From the NCBI GenBank assembly GCA_964188305.1, contig OZ076895.1: a stretch of 64,000 bases of DNA; one strand, given 5' to 3'. The notes under the pieces were generated by a model that saw only the letters and a program-made list of their open reading frames with translations, had not been told where the DNA came from and made no database searches. Shown here in pieces: positions 12,901-27,125 of the stretch. The first letter of the stretch is position 1. The number at the start of each line of letters is the position of its first letter. The stretch is from Podarcis bocagei (Eukaryota). The translations under genes and the position numbers were made by a program.

Positions 12901-15900
12901 CCAGCCTCCCCGGGGCAAGCGTCTGTATGTGAGGAAGGTGGCGTTAGGATTTATCCCATTTCATCGAAAGTTTTCATGACCCTGTCATCTCCGCCAAGTG
13001 GTATGCCTAAGCTTTGGATGTGACCACCACGTGAGTTCATGAAGATGCCTTCACGGTGCCAGTAGTGGGATGAGGTGTGGGATTGAGGGGGAAGATTGCT
13101 GCGTGTACTTCATAGGAAGAAAGCGCTGCCTGTTTGCCACACTACTACCTGCCCAAGGGGAACTTAGATGGGTGACCAGGAATATCTTCACATTCATCTT
13201 CCAGACAGCTGGCACGTATACTTCCTGGATGTAAAAAGTTGGATATAGTTGGAGGAAAAACTTTTGTGAGCAACTTACCTGGAAACTAACTGATAAACAT
13301 TTGGAGTATCTGACCTTGTTGTTGCCAATTTGTACCTACTGTAACCACTCCTAATGTAGAAGACTATTCTGGCAAAGATCCAGTTTCATTAAAACAAGGT
13401 AGGAGGTTCCTGGTTGAAGTACCTATCTCTTCTTGGTCTGCAGATTTGATTAAATTCTGTTGTAAGAGTCTTGAATAATGCCATTTTTCCTTGTGCTATA
13501 CTTATCCCCCACCCCCACCCCTTTGAGATGTTTAAGATAACTGAACTGCTTTGCTCGCATTCTACGAATACAAGTATAGGAACTCAAAGTATTTGCTGAT
13601 TCACAGAGTAGTATGCCTTGCCTTTTATCATTGTAAATCAAGCTTAGGTTGCTCATCCATTTAAGAGTTGGTGGCTGAGACTGGGAGCCTGCAAGTCCCT
13701 GGTTGAAAATTTATCTCTGCCATTAATTCACTTGTTGCCCTTAAAACATGCCTCTATTATTGTAGTCTCAGCCTATCCCTGCCAAAGATATATGAAGTAT
13801 GTGAGGTTAATAATTCTTGAGCATTTTCCAAAAGAAACAGAAATGTAAAATATTACTATGCCATAATCTTCCTCAGTGTGGTTCCCTTCAGATACTGCTG
13901 GACTACAATCCCCATCATCTCTGACCATTGGCTATGCTGACTGAGGCTGATGAGAGTTACTGTTGGATGAAATTCATAGGCCAACACATTGCGGAAGGCA
14001 GCCATAGAAACTGGGGATAGATATGACACTCACGTAGTATATGTATACAACCAAATGCAGATCCTGTGGCAATGAGAACAAAGCCAAGGGTGTCAAAAGG
14101 CACAGTGTAAGGGTTTAGCATCACTATGTAGAATTTACAAGAGATACCATAGGAATACTAGAAATACACACTTAATGTCCATACCCGATGTAGTCTCTTG
14201 GTCTTTTGTCTCCTGGTCAAAACACACACCCCTATTGGCAGTTGATCTTAAATACTAATATTTAGTATTTTTCTTATATTAATGCAGGTTTAGTATGAAG
14301 AAATAATCACACATGAAATAAGTACCTTTCAGTACCTTATGGTCCTTAACATTTTAGAACTTCAGTTCCAATTGTAGAAGTCTACATGATCATCAGATCG
14401 GAAGTGACAGTATTTATGGCGTAGTGGATGCAAATAGAAAAATGAGTTGAAATAAAAGATGGATCAAACTGTTTCTGAATTAGGTGTTGATCTATTTGTA
14501 AAACAGTTTCTTGTGTGGATTGATGCAGGGGTAGCAAATCTATCACCTAGATGGTGTCTTTATGGAGAAAGAGGAGCATAGCTATGTGTGTTGATGCTCT
14601 GATTATGACAAGGGGAGCATTTCATATTATTGATTAGTAGTGCCCCTTCTAATATTATAGTACTACTTTTTCTTAATAAGCTTATTGAGTTTATATAACA
14701 TTGAGTATTGGGGTCCCTCAGTTGTCTAAAGGAGACTGGGCTTGATGAACCAGTAATCTAACTTGGCATAATGCAGCTTCCTAAGTTTCTACAACATATT
14801 TCCAATATGAAACCCCATGACTGCTTCTGGTTAGCATGAACTCACTATCTTTCATCTGTCAAAGTTTAAAACTCAGAATTAGCAAGGTGCATGGTGTGTT
14901 TCAAAAATGACACACAGGCTACATGATATCTATACTTATCATCTCTATAGTTTTTTCTGGGCAGTACCACTGGTGTTGCAAATACACAATAATGATAATA
15001 GTGAATATTTGTACTAAAATGTGTGTTACCTTGCAAGTTGTATTTCTATTAAAATCAAGCCAGAGGGAAGCAGATGCCTTTGCATTTTGCCTCTACTTAA
15101 TGGCTGTGTTCCACAGACTATAACTGCAACTGAATACGCTGAAATCCCATCCTTGTGTTTTGCGAAATTAAGTAATAGCATGCAGTCATTGGTTGTTGGG
15201 TTTGTAAATATAGATTATTTTAGGTGATCTGTTCTGAAATGGTTGTAGCAACCTCATTTATAAATGTTTCACAGGTGACAACTTGAGTACTGTGGCTCAT
15301 TCCGAATGGTTTTTGACATGAGATTAAAAACAGATCTGTTCACAATGAATTTAAATTCTATTTTTTGAAGGAAAAACTTCTAGATTTATCTGTTGTGTTC
15401 AGCAATATTTCTTTTGAAATACTTTACTCATGATACAGTTAGTCTTGGCGTGAAGATAGCAGGTGGTAAATCTTGTAAGGTTCTAAAAACCAGGAAAAGT
15501 GACTCTCATGAAGATTTAAACACTTTATTATTGGGCACACATGTTGGTAGGTTATTGTCCAACTGCCTCGGGATCCAGTTTCTAATAAAGGCAAGAGACA
15601 GTGTTTCTTCTTGGATAGTTGGTAGTGATTGGACTATATATTTTAGGTGTGTAGTGCAAAAGATTAACCCTGTACATATGAAAATGCTTGTTTAATGGTT
15701 TAGTTTGCTTGTTGATAAGGCATGCTGTCCCTTATCCTTTGCATAATAAACCTATATATATAAACACACACACACACGTGTGTGTGTGTGTTTTGCAGGT
15801 TGTAATGGAGAATTTTCCTTAAAATGTAAATATTTTGTATGCTAAGAAAAATGGTTTCATTTTATCTTGAACACTGGAGTTTATGGGCATACACACCTTA

Positions 15901-18689
15901 TACAACTGGTGATGGTAGTAGAAAGTACTTGCTATCCATGTATGTTTGGATCTTGCAAATTGGGTCGTAATTCTATGTATGGTTACCTTGCAGTAAGTGC
16001 TATTGAATTACATTAGAAATTACTTCTGAGTGAGCATGCATAGGGTTGCACTGTTGTGTAGTTTCTATCTAGGGAGGAGGCAGCTTATCTAGCACCAAAG
16101 ACCACCATCATGCTACATATTATAAGTAGAAAAGCTGTAGCTCTTATATTTCATGTAACTTCCATTTATCAGAGCTAATGAATACCTTATATCTAATCTG
16201 AACTTCATATTAAAATGGTGTGTGTGTATCTGTCTGTCTGTCTCAGTCAGCCATTTTGGATGCTGGCAAGGTACTGGATGCTGGATCATGGTAATAATAG
16301 TTGGCAGATCTTGTAGTCCAGAAGAATGGATCCAACATTTAATCAAGTAGAAGCATAGGTTTGGGGTACTTTTAGAGTATAAGGCAACTTAAGGTACCGG
16401 TCATGGGCCTATAACGCTTTAAACATGGTTGGGACCTAGATAGTTTTCCCCAATGTACATAATAACCTCTCATGTTACGTGCTCTGCACTCTTATGGAAG
16501 CCTTTCTGAACTAAAGTTAAATGGGTATACAGATACACATTTGTGGATCTCATTCATTTGGTACCTAGTTATGCGAACGTCTTGCCTGTTCGTTCCTGAT
16601 GTTGTAAATATAATCTCAAATATACCATAAAATTGAAAAGCAGAAGTTGACAGGCCTTGCAATAGAAATGCAAATACCTTCGGAGTTGCTAACTCTGGCT
16701 TTTAAGTTTTGAAGCAACACTTAGCAACTCCCTCCTTCACTTAACAGGATTCTTTCTCTTTCTCCCAGCTGCCTTTCTCTTTTCTTTTTACTTGTACCTC
16801 ATGTTGCCCCACTTCTTCTGTAGAGCTGCTGCCCATACCTTTGCTTCATTTCTAAGTATAGAAAACATATTCTGTGGCTGGCTGCACATATACTCTCTTG
16901 TACTCCAGGATTTAAAGTGCTAGGAGTAGTTCTTCACAGTGATGGAGCAGTGTGCAGTTTTCAGTAAGCAGGTGAGTGGGGAATTGCATGGCTGCACTAG
17001 GTGCTTTCATGCTAGGCATAAATTCCTATCTCCAAACTTGTGGTCAAGTGTTCAAGCAAGTAGATGTTCATATACGTTACCATGTCCATGTGGCGTAATA
17101 TACCAACTGTCCAGGAAAACTCACGTCATACATCTTTTGAGTCATAGATCAGACCCCTATCTCCATTTGTGATACACCTGATGCTTCAGAGTAGGAAGAG
17201 ACAACCCAAAGCACTGAGGGCTATTTTCATTTTTGTTAAAAGAGGGCTGCACAGTTATTTTAATTTCAGAACAGTCTGTGTCTGAATACAATTCAGTCTG
17301 CCAATCTTTTGCACATAACACATTCTATCTGTACTCTTACCTATTAAAACATTGTCTCCCTATATTTCTCGCTCCACACATTGGAGCATGCACACTTTTC
17401 TCAACAGTCTGTTGCCATCTCCTTATATTTCCTTTCCACCTGGGGTCTCTGTGCCTCTACCTCTAATCCTTCTTTTTTCTTTGCACTCTGTGGCACTCTC
17501 ATGTTTCCATACCAGCAGGTTTTTCTGCACACCCTTTCTGTTTTCCTCTTTTTCTACCGCAAAGTCTATCTGCACCTGCATCTTTTAACATTTACTCTTT
17601 TTTTTGTTCACTCCTTAATGTGCTACTCTGAGAGCTTGCTACCCATTTTTCTTTCTTGTACATCTACATCCTTGTTTATATCTCTGTACTACCATTGGTT
17701 TCTTCACTCACATATTTAAATCTATCTTTTGTAGGGTTGCCAACCCATGCTGGCCTGTTTCTCAGCCTTGAACAGCAGCTTCTGCAGAATCTAGTGCACT
17801 AGGCTGAATATCATTACAGCATGCAAATAAACAATGGCACCTAATAGTATCTGCCTTTAAAGGCGCAGCTAGCCTGAGCAGTTGAAGAGCTAGCAACCCT
17901 ACTTTCCCAGAATGGCAGATTAGACTTCCAGCAGTTCACGTGGTGAGATCTTCATATAACAGGTAGAGCACATGGTTAAATTGATTGGTTGAAACACAAT
18001 GGAAAAACTGATGCCAACTCTATTGAAAACTCTGAGCTTGGAGAAACACAAAATATAACTGAAGTGTGTCGATATGACACTGAAGCCTGGCTCACAAATA
18101 AGACTGCAAACAATGAGTTTTAGAATCTCTCTGGCAGTCCGGGGCTGTACATATCCAAGGAGTGGGACGTAGTTGGTTTGCATGATGTACGTTAGGCAGG
18201 TTTTGCCACTGAAACGTGTCCCCACACCCTTCCTGAGAAAGAGGAAAGGCTTGGAGAGTAGATCTTGCTTGGGGCCTGTGGGTCTTAATTAATATATCAG
18301 ATAAGAATATTAAAACCTTTTTTCTCAGATCTGACAATCTTGACGTGTAGTTGTTTTGAGACGTCACAAAAATGTTATACTTAAAGTCTTCTCTGATAAC
18401 CCAACTATCCATTTGTGTCCAGTTAATAACTATTGAACCTGCCCTTTTCCATTTTCTCTAGTCTTTGAGGCCCTCCCAAGTCATACCGAGTTATTTCCTG
18501 CTTCAGTGTGTCAACTGACTGTTCAACCATGATTTTCAGGTAGCCTTTGGCGAGTTTCTGTCTAATGCTCTTTTTCTACTGGAAAGCATCATGGAACAAA
18601 GCATATTTTGTCAGTATGTTGCATTTTCCTTTCAAAAGATTCCAAAGATCCAGAGACTGATGACAGATCCCTTCAGTCTGAAGAAAGTA

Positions 18690-18936
18690 CAGTAGTACCT
18701 CATTTTGCGACCGGGATCTGTTCTGGAGCCCTGGTCGCTAGCCGAAAAGGATGCTGGACAAAGCACACACACGCGGAGTGAATTGCGCTTCTGCCATGCA
18801 CGAAGTGCGATTTAGCACTTCTGCACATGCGCAAGTGGCGAACCCGGAAGTAACCCGTTCTGGTACTTCTGGGTATGCCGCGGACGTTCAATGGAACGGG
18901 CACTTGACGAGGAAGATGCTAGATGAGGTACCACTG
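18690..18936. mobile_element. Tc1/mariner-pogo-type MITE
   Basis: TA-CAGTAGTACCTCAT ... ATGAGGTACCACTG-TA. Confidence 0.85.
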
Positions 18937-19334
18937 TATCTTTCTGCAGACATCCACAGAACTTTTATTTTGCATGATAGCCAGCCACTATTTGTGGTTG
19001 TCCTGGTGCCTGTCAAACATTTGACATCAGCAGAGGCTTGTTGAAAGGGAGAGGCATTTTATGTGGCCATCATGCTAAACTGCTACAGAAGGCATATGCA
19101 ATTTTTTACTGCTTTTTGCAAAAGCTCACCACAAACACTCCTGCTCTCCACTATGTTTCTGCAGTTCATGGGTGGTGATCTTTGTTAAAGAAGTGAGATG
19201 AACCTTTGATCTTGCCATCTAATCCCTTACATTTTGTATTTTTCTTTAATAAGGTTACAATAAGCACCTTTTCAGCTTTAGCACCTCCATGTTAGAATAC
19301 TTGTCAGTGGCCTGGTTAGCATATCACATTAAAT

Positions 19335-19470
19335 CAGTGTTTCCCAAACTTGGGTCGCCAGTTGTTTTTGGACTACAGTTCCCATCATTCTTGACCACTG
19401 GTCTTGCTATCTAGAGATGATGGGAGTTGTAGTCCAAAAACAGCTGAAGACCCAAGTTTGGGAAACACTC
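19335..19470. mobile_element. Palindromic hAT-type MITE
   Basis: Long inverted arms CAGTGTTTCCCAAACTTGGGTC/GACCCAAGTTTGGGAAACACT; perfect 8-bp TSD cattaaat. Decayed relatives at ~13875-14000, 40862-40970, 44810-44930 and 50255-50399. Confidence 0.88.
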
Positions 19471-19949
19471 CATTAAATCATAATTGGATGCTTTCCCTTA
19501 GGAAAATGCTATTTTATTCAAAGTATTTTGAAGACAGATGAATTCTGTTGGCTATATACGCCTGCACATCTTAAATTGTAGATGGTTAAAGTTTTTTTGT
19601 GCTGGATTTTGTAATCAGGCTTGGTACTAAGGTTGGTTTTGTGTTGACTGCTACCTGAAAGGTGCTTCAGTGACCATAGTACACACACCTGCTATCGGCA
19701 TTCTGACTATTAAGTGACTATTAAGTGGTACCAGAAATACATTATTAAAAACAAAGGGTTTTTCCTTGTTAGCAAATCTATTCATACTTCATCTATTGAC
19801 AAGTTCATGACCAACTATGATTGCTTTAATCGGGTTAACTGCCATATACTATACATTTGAGAAAGCCGAGTCAGACATTTGGCCATATGTACATTTAAAA
19901 TACTCAGGTTCCCATTCCAGTTTATAGCTTACCACTCCAGGGTCAGAGA

Positions 19950-20075
19950 CAATATACCTCTGCATACCAGTTGCTGGGAACACAGTGGGGGGAAAGTACT
20001 ATTGCACTTGGGTTCTGCTTGTGGATTTCCCATAGGCATCTGGTTGGCCACTGTGAGAACAGGTTGCTGGACCAG
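19950..20075 (+). mobile_element. Squamate SINE / CR1-related 3' fragment
   Basis: Motif ggcatctggttggccactgtgagaacagg..gctggaccagatgggcctttgg; reverse copy near 26430-26500. Confidence 0.55.
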
Positions 20076-21475
20076 ATGGGCCTTTGGCTTAATCCATTTA
20101 ATAGTCAGAATTTCTACATACGTACATGTATCAGTTATCATTTCTATCTCAATGTTCTCATGTATAGAAAGGAATGCCTCTGTATTGTATTGTACAGTAT
20201 TTATAGATGATTGTAGTTAAGTTGTATACAACATGTTTAAATAGAATAAAGATGGCGCTGTTACTTTCCTTGCAATTGTAATTTTTGTTTGTTTAAGAAT
20301 GCTGTTTGTTATGCATTCGTTCTTTAAAATCTGCTGACTGATTAATTGGAGGTACCTTTTTAATTTAATTGAACAACTATTTAAGGTTGTAGTACAATTT
20401 ATACTGATTTGAGGTGATATGTTTGTCTCTGACATCAGGGCCACTTAACACCTGCAAATCCTTTCATAACTGTTTTGTCTCTGACTTGTAGCTTAGTGTG
20501 TGAATTACTTCTATTGAATTACTTTTATTGAAAAATAGTGTTTGAGGTGATAAGGGAACACTTCAGCATGCATTGCTTGATGTTGCAGTAATAGTAATGT
20601 ACATGCATGTGTTTCTTGCTTTAATCTCTTTCAGTCTTTAAAATGGCTTTTCTAAAATCAGACTAGTGTAGTCTGAGGAAAGAGCGTAGAATACCTGGGT
20701 AGGTATCAAATCCTGCTCCAGTGTATTATCCTAGCACACCTGTGAGTGATTTAAAACCTCTGGTCGAATCCTTATGTACTTTGTTTGAATCTTGGTTGAA
20801 TAGCAACTTTTTGGGGTACAGGATGTGGCTGCTGTAAGAAATGGAACTAGAAAAGTGTGTGTATTTGCAGCCATAGCTCATCAGTAGCAGTTTAAACTGG
20901 ATGGATGTACCTTAGGGGTAGAAGTTTTCCTCTTGTCAGTACAAACATTTAAATAATTTGGGCTCTTTTTGACTCAAAAAGCTGTGGTTTAGAAGTGGTT
21001 TGGAGAAAGGAAAACTACCTTTCATGTTGAATGGATAAATTAAAGCATTATGGAAAGTTTCTGTGTTTGAGAGGTTGGTTATCTTTATAAACTTTGGGTA
21101 GGATACAAGTATTTTAATTGAAGGCTGCTTCCCTTTTAAAAGCAAGCAATCCCCTTCCTCTTTATAGCACAAAACACTCCCACCCCCCATTGCTATGCCC
21201 AGTGTATCACTAGTTCCCTCTGCCCCTTTCATTCCTACTTTCCTCAATACTACAATAGATGGGTAGCCTTGTAAATTGGTCAAATATTGCCTATTGTGTT
21301 AGAGTGTTTTTAATAAGTTATGTCATAAAGCAAAATAATTTTTCTAGCTGGAGATCTGCACCTTGTAGTGGCATAATGTGATGGAAAAGATAGGTGTAAA
21401 ACCTGCCTGCTCACCAATTCAAGAGGAGTCTTCTGTTACATGCATTACTTAGGTGTAGGCGATCCCTTCCCTGTA

Positions 21476-21652
21476 CAGTAGCACCTTGGCTTACATTACC
21501 CTTGGTAATGTAAAGTTTGGGTTGCGAAAGCGACAAACCCAGAAGTGTTTCACCGTGCGTGCATGCGCAGAAGCGGTCCCTCCAGTTGCGGAAACTTTGG
21601 GATCTGACTGGAACTCTGGAACGGATCCCGTCTGCAACCGGAGGTACCACTG
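21476..21652. mobile_element. Tc1/mariner-pogo-type MITE
   Basis: TA-CAGTAGCACCTT ... GAGGTACCACTG-TA. Confidence 0.8.
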
Positions 21653-21710
21653 TACTAGGTCAATAAACATGTTTTAAAGCCAACATCTTTTTTTAATGGC
21701 TGTTAGGTTT

Positions 21711-22057
21711 GCGGGTGGCGCTGTGGGTTAAACCACAGAGCCTAGGACTTAGCGATCAGAAGGTAAGCGGTTCAAATCCCCGTGATGGGGTGAGCTCCCG
21801 TTGCTCGGACCCAGCTCCTGCCAACCTAGCAGTTCGAAAGCACGTCAAAGTGCAAGTAGTTAAATAGGTATCGCTCTGGCAGGAAGGTAAACAGCGTTTC
21901 CGTGCGCTGCTCTGATTTGCCAGAAGCGGCTTAGTCATGCTGGCCATATGACCTGGAAACTGTACGCCGGCTCCCTCGGCCAATAAAGGGAGATGAGCGC
22001 CGCAACCCCAGAGTTGGCCACGACTGGACCTAATGGTCAGGGGTCCCTTTACCTTTA
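21711..22057 (+). mobile_element. Sauria SINE, near full length
   Basis: tRNA-like A/B boxes, body nearly identical to 37654-37994, and a (T)TTACC-type tail. Confidence 0.9.
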
Positions 22058-23015
22058 AGTTTGCTCTGAGGCCGTTAGCATAAGAAATGTGGTGTGTGTG
22101 TTTATTTCATTTTAAACAAAACTCCTTGTCTGTGTATCACTGATAGCTACAAATAGTTAATTTCACAGCTAACCTGGGCTCATAGCGTGTCTTGCGGTTC
22201 TAAAGTGGTGCTTTAAATTCTTGACCATTATTGGATAGTTATGTAATGGTCAAATGACTAACCTGAACTTCAGGCCTTCTGTCTTGAAGCTCACTGCCCA
22301 CTGAACCTCCTTGCTGTAGTTCCAGTGTTCGTCACACTGGTTTCCAGCCTTAAAACTACCTGCTCTGCACACCTGTCTCTGCCTCTACTGCCAACAGCAA
22401 GCATGTCTCTGGTCTGTAGGCCTAGTGTGAAATCTTTCTCTCAAGTGTAACTATATCTTTCCATATGGAAACTGCACTGTTCATGAATACTTTTCTCCTG
22501 GCAAGTTTTTCCTAAGCTTCCGGATGTTTGCAAACATTCCATGTCATCACAGTACTCCTTTAATAGTCGGGAAGGGGTAATGGACAGCAACTGGTTTTAG
22601 TATATTATGGCTGTGTTTTAGAACCTGCTTCAGTAGTACAAATAGTGCTTAAATCAATATAGTAATTGCAATCTTAGGAAATGGAGACAAATGATGCCAT
22701 CTAGTGAGACCTCATGTTTTCAGCTGAAGTCAGTAACTAGACTGTTTAATACTGGTATTCTGACATGAAACAACATTCATTCCTACAAACTTGCTTGTTG
22801 CAGGCAAATCTGCTTTTAGTAACTTCAATATTTAGGTTGTGTGTGTGTGTGTGACATCTCAAATGTAGAAGCACTTTTGAGTGTAATCTTCAGATTATTA
22901 AACAGTGGAACTTTTTAAACTTTTGTACATGCACCAGTGATGTTGCTAAGTTAATGCAATAATTTTTTCCTTCTGATACTTAAGTAGGTGGGGAAACTGA
23001 TTTATACAGCGCTGT

Positions 23016-23390
23016 GCGGGTGACGCTGTGGTTTAAACAACTGAGCCTCTTGGGCTTGCTGATCGGAAGGTTGGCAGTTTGAATTTGCACAACAGGGTGG
23101 GCTCCAGTTGCTCTGTTCCAGCTTCTGTGAACCTAGCTGTTCAAAAGTCTACCAGTGCAAGTAGATAAATAAGTACCGCTATGGCGGGAAGGTAAATGGT
23201 TTACCATGCACTCAGGCACTCGTCACGATGTCCCGTTGTGCCAGAAGCGGTTTAGTCGTGCTAGCCACATGACCCGGAAAGCTGTCTGCAAACACCAGCT
23301 CCCTCGGCTGAAGTGAGATGAGCACTGCACCCCATGGTTGCCTTTGATTGAACCTAACCGTCCAGGGGTCATTTACCTTATTTTACCTTA
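23016..23390 (+). mobile_element. Sauria SINE, diverged subfamily copy
   Basis: Same layout (gtgcaagtagataaataagtacc...gggaaggtaaa) with a tttacctta tail. Confidence 0.8.
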
Positions 23391-26333
23391 TACTAGGATA
23401 TTTGCACAGGAGTCTCTAGCTTTATTTCGGTCTTGACATTTTTTTCACTCAGAAACTGAAATATTTTGGTTGGTTTTTTGCTAGTTCTGTATACAGGTAC
23501 AATTGGAATCACAGGAACCTGTGTACTCAAAATACTTGCACAGAAGTTGGTAGCTGGCTGCAGTTCTTCACACCCCCTTGAATACTACTATGGAGATTTT
23601 CCTGGTCTTGTGTGTGGCTTTGAGGGAATGTAGGGCAGCCTTCCCAAACTGGTAACCTTCAGATGTTTTGGATTATAGCCCCCATCAGTCCCAGAGGAAA
23701 AACCCTGAATTGCACATAATTGTGTTGACTTGGAGTTCCCAAACTGTGACTTTTTGCTTAAAGTTAATGAAACATTTTAAAATGCAGCCTTTGACATTGC
23801 TGAAGTTTCATAGTAGTATGAAGGGATAGAAAATAAGCAAAGAAATGAGAAATGGATTAGTACTCTCTCGTGGTTACTGATCCACACGCAAAGAAGTAGA
23901 ATAAGTAAGTATCTAGCTGGGAAATAAGCCCTAGCGATATTTATCTATGAGGGTTTTTTGGGGGGTTATGTCTGTAAATTAAGCACAGGGGTCCAGTCCC
24001 AAGCACACCTGCCTTTCCTGAAGGAAAGATGAAGTGGGGAGAATGCATTGCTGGGCATTGATCATAAGTGCCTTTAGGCAGGGACTGACTTTGTGGTTTG
24101 GACCTGTATCACCAAGGCTGTTTGGGCACTTGCCAAACTAACTCCAGCATTTCATGTTTTGTAATTAATAGGTGGTGGTTGTTTAGTTTTTATTCAGTTC
24201 TGCGACTTCAGTGCTGAGACTGAGGCTTGCTTCTCTCATTGTGCTCACCAGTCAGCAGAGTCACACTCACTTTGCTGAATGTGGCAAGCAGTTTTCTTGA
24301 TGCCTTTCTTAAGGATTCATATTTTGAAAGCTTTCAAAAACACCAGTGGAACCTGTGAAAAGTTAAGGTTCCGAATTCATGGCATGTGCTCATTTCACAT
24401 GACAGATACATTGGTGTCCTTCAGTTTTATTATGAATTGAAATATATTGTACATGTAACAAAAGTTGTAACAACAGTTCCCATACAAATTAAAACAAACA
24501 AATGTAGTGTTAAACATTCCATTTTCTACACATGTCATCTGTTATAAGAAATCTGCTTAAAAGCTTTCTGTCAAGTAAACCGTGTGTGTGTATTATAAAA
24601 GTCATTTCGTTATCCCAACCTTTATTTTCAAAAATATACTAAACTGACTCTGATCCTTCAGTTTTCTAGCATTTACAGTGTATTTCAACTTAACTGCTGT
24701 GTGAATGAAAAACACAGATAACTGCTTGTATGGTTTAAGCCCAAATACAATATTTAAAATGTTTTAAGACTTTCTTGCTCATCCTTTTAAGGCATTTAAT
24801 GGGGTTTTCACAAACCATTGTTCTAATTTATCTATAGGTGGTTTTGATTTTGTATTACCAGTCTTTGATCCATATTAGACAATAGCTTCTCGAGTAGTGT
24901 AAAGCATGAATACGTTTTAAAAAAACATAGACAGAAATGCCCTATTCTGTTCTGCTAATTCAGAGGTGTGGAATCTTTTTTGCCTGGTGGGCCAGATCTT
25001 TTTCTCATCTCACACTGTGGGCCAGATTTGCAAAGTGTGTGGGGTCACCCTAACTGAGCAGAATTCAACCTCCTTTGTGAGCTGATGAGCAGGGGTTAAA
25101 TCTTGTAGTGTGTTTGCCAGTTCTCTGTAGGGAACATGTGCAACAAGCACAGAAATGAACTTCCTCCCCACATATCAGCCCATGCAATTGATGTCAGTGG
25201 ATTGACAGATGGGTGGGGTTTTTTTTGGGGGGGGGAATAGCCTGCAGGGGCTGCAAGACCTGAGGCCTGCAGGCTGGAAATTCTCCACTGCTGCATTAGT
25301 TGTCGTTAACCTTCTGTTTGCTTTCTTTGGTGTAGCAAATGTAGTTAATTACTTCTAGTTCCCAAGTAAATAAAAAAGTTCTATCAACTAGTTTATTGAA
25401 ATATAAGAGGTTAATATGATATAAGATGCTCACAATAAGAGTTAATAAAATAAAAGTTGTTAGCAATGTCTTGATTTAAAAATAATTAATAATGATAAAT
25501 TAATCTAAGGTGGTACATCATAGAATCGTCTATCAAAAAATCTACTTATGTTATTAGTTATATTAACTTCCCACAGAAGTAATAAGAGATATCTCTAGAT
25601 CAGTTTCTAAAAAGAGAAAAGCCTATGTAATCTCTTTCAATACCCTGATTTTACTTGAGAGCAAGTAACACTCTTCAGGGTTGTGGGGAGAGTACTTCCT
25701 CTTATCCACCATTTCCCAGAAACCAATGTACAGTATTCCAATTAAATCTTGCATTGATGCAATCTCAGAAAGTGGAGAAGAAAAACACCAACAACAAAAC
25801 AGAACAAGGCAATCCAGGAAAATGCAGGTGTTCACCTGGTGGTAGCCTGGGAATCTACCACTTCATAACTGAATAAAAATCATCCTTCAATGCTAAACAT
25901 CCTGACATGCCCCTGCTAACCCTCTAGATCAGTTGCTGGGGGTGGGAGGGGAGGAACAGAAAAGAAAATCCTGTTGCATAGGCAGAAAGTCATTATGCTA
26001 ACAGGATTACTTTGTTGAATACAACTGTGGGTATAACTTACAGTGCTGTTAAACAGTGCAAAAGAGCCAGGAATTGGGGGAGTTCTCTAATACTACCACG
26101 TGAAAAATAGTCATTTATCATGCTTCTGATTGGGAGTGAAAGGGATGCTTTGCAAAGGAAAACTGTTCAGTAGGGTAGCCAGGTCACATAGTGGCAATCT
26201 TGTGTTGTATGAAATGCTACACATCTTAATAGTTCAAATCTTAATTAACATCAACAGTTGGAACATACTGATAACATTTAACCCATGATCAAGGTGTGTG
26301 GGAGATGGTTTTGAAGAGGTGTTGTTGGGAAGG

Positions 26334-26403
26334 ACCATGCAATCCTATAGGCTGTTTCTCAGACCTTTACCATGCAATCCTATAGGCTGTTTCTCAGACC
26401 TTT
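26334..26403. repeat. Perfect 35-bp tandem duplication
   Basis: accatgcaatcctataggctgtttctcagaccttt x2. Confidence 0.95.
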
Positions 26404-26883
26404 ACCAAAATGCCTACCATTAAAGACATAAGAACCAAAACCAAAACATCATCTAGTTCAACATCTTGTTCTCACAGTGATCAGCTAGATGCCTATGGGA
26501 AAGGTGGATGAAGAGAGGGGAAAGAGTTAAATAGTCTCTAGCCTTGGCAGTCTGAGCAGAGAAAGGCAAGAGGATGGGGTGTTGGGAGGGCATTTTTTTT
26601 AAAAAAGTGGAACTTTGCAGAGGAAATCTACATAGAACAACATGCAATATCTCACTCTAATCATACCATTAGTTACCTATAGAAAAAGTCTCTTGCTGTG
26701 ATAAAATATAATGTTATCACTCTTGAGGTTATGTTTAAATCTGGTACAAACAACACACTTGTATACATGAATTTACTGGCTGCTGTTACCACTTCAAAAT
26801 ATTGTTTAGCTTGGTAGGGGAAAAAATAGGAAGTCACCAACACAGAAGTTTCAAGCTGTACTGTAGTGTAAAACTTCATTATA

Positions 26884-27125
26884 CAGTGGTACCTCGGGTT
26901 AAGTACTTAATTTGTTCCGGAGTTCCGTTCTTAACCTGAAACTGTTCTTAACCTGAAGCACCACTTTAGCTAATGGGGCCTCCTGCTGCTGCCGCGCCGC
27001 TGGAGCACAATTTCTGTTCTCATCCTAAAGCAAAGTTCTTAACCTGAAGCACTATTTCTGGGTTAGCGGAGTCTGTAACCTGAAGGGTATGTAACCTGAA
27101 AGGTATGTAACCAGAGGTACCACTG
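26884..27125. mobile_element. Tc1/mariner-pogo-type MITE
   Basis: TA-CAGTGGTACCTCGGGTTA ... TAACCAGAGGTACCACTG-TA. Confidence 0.88.
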
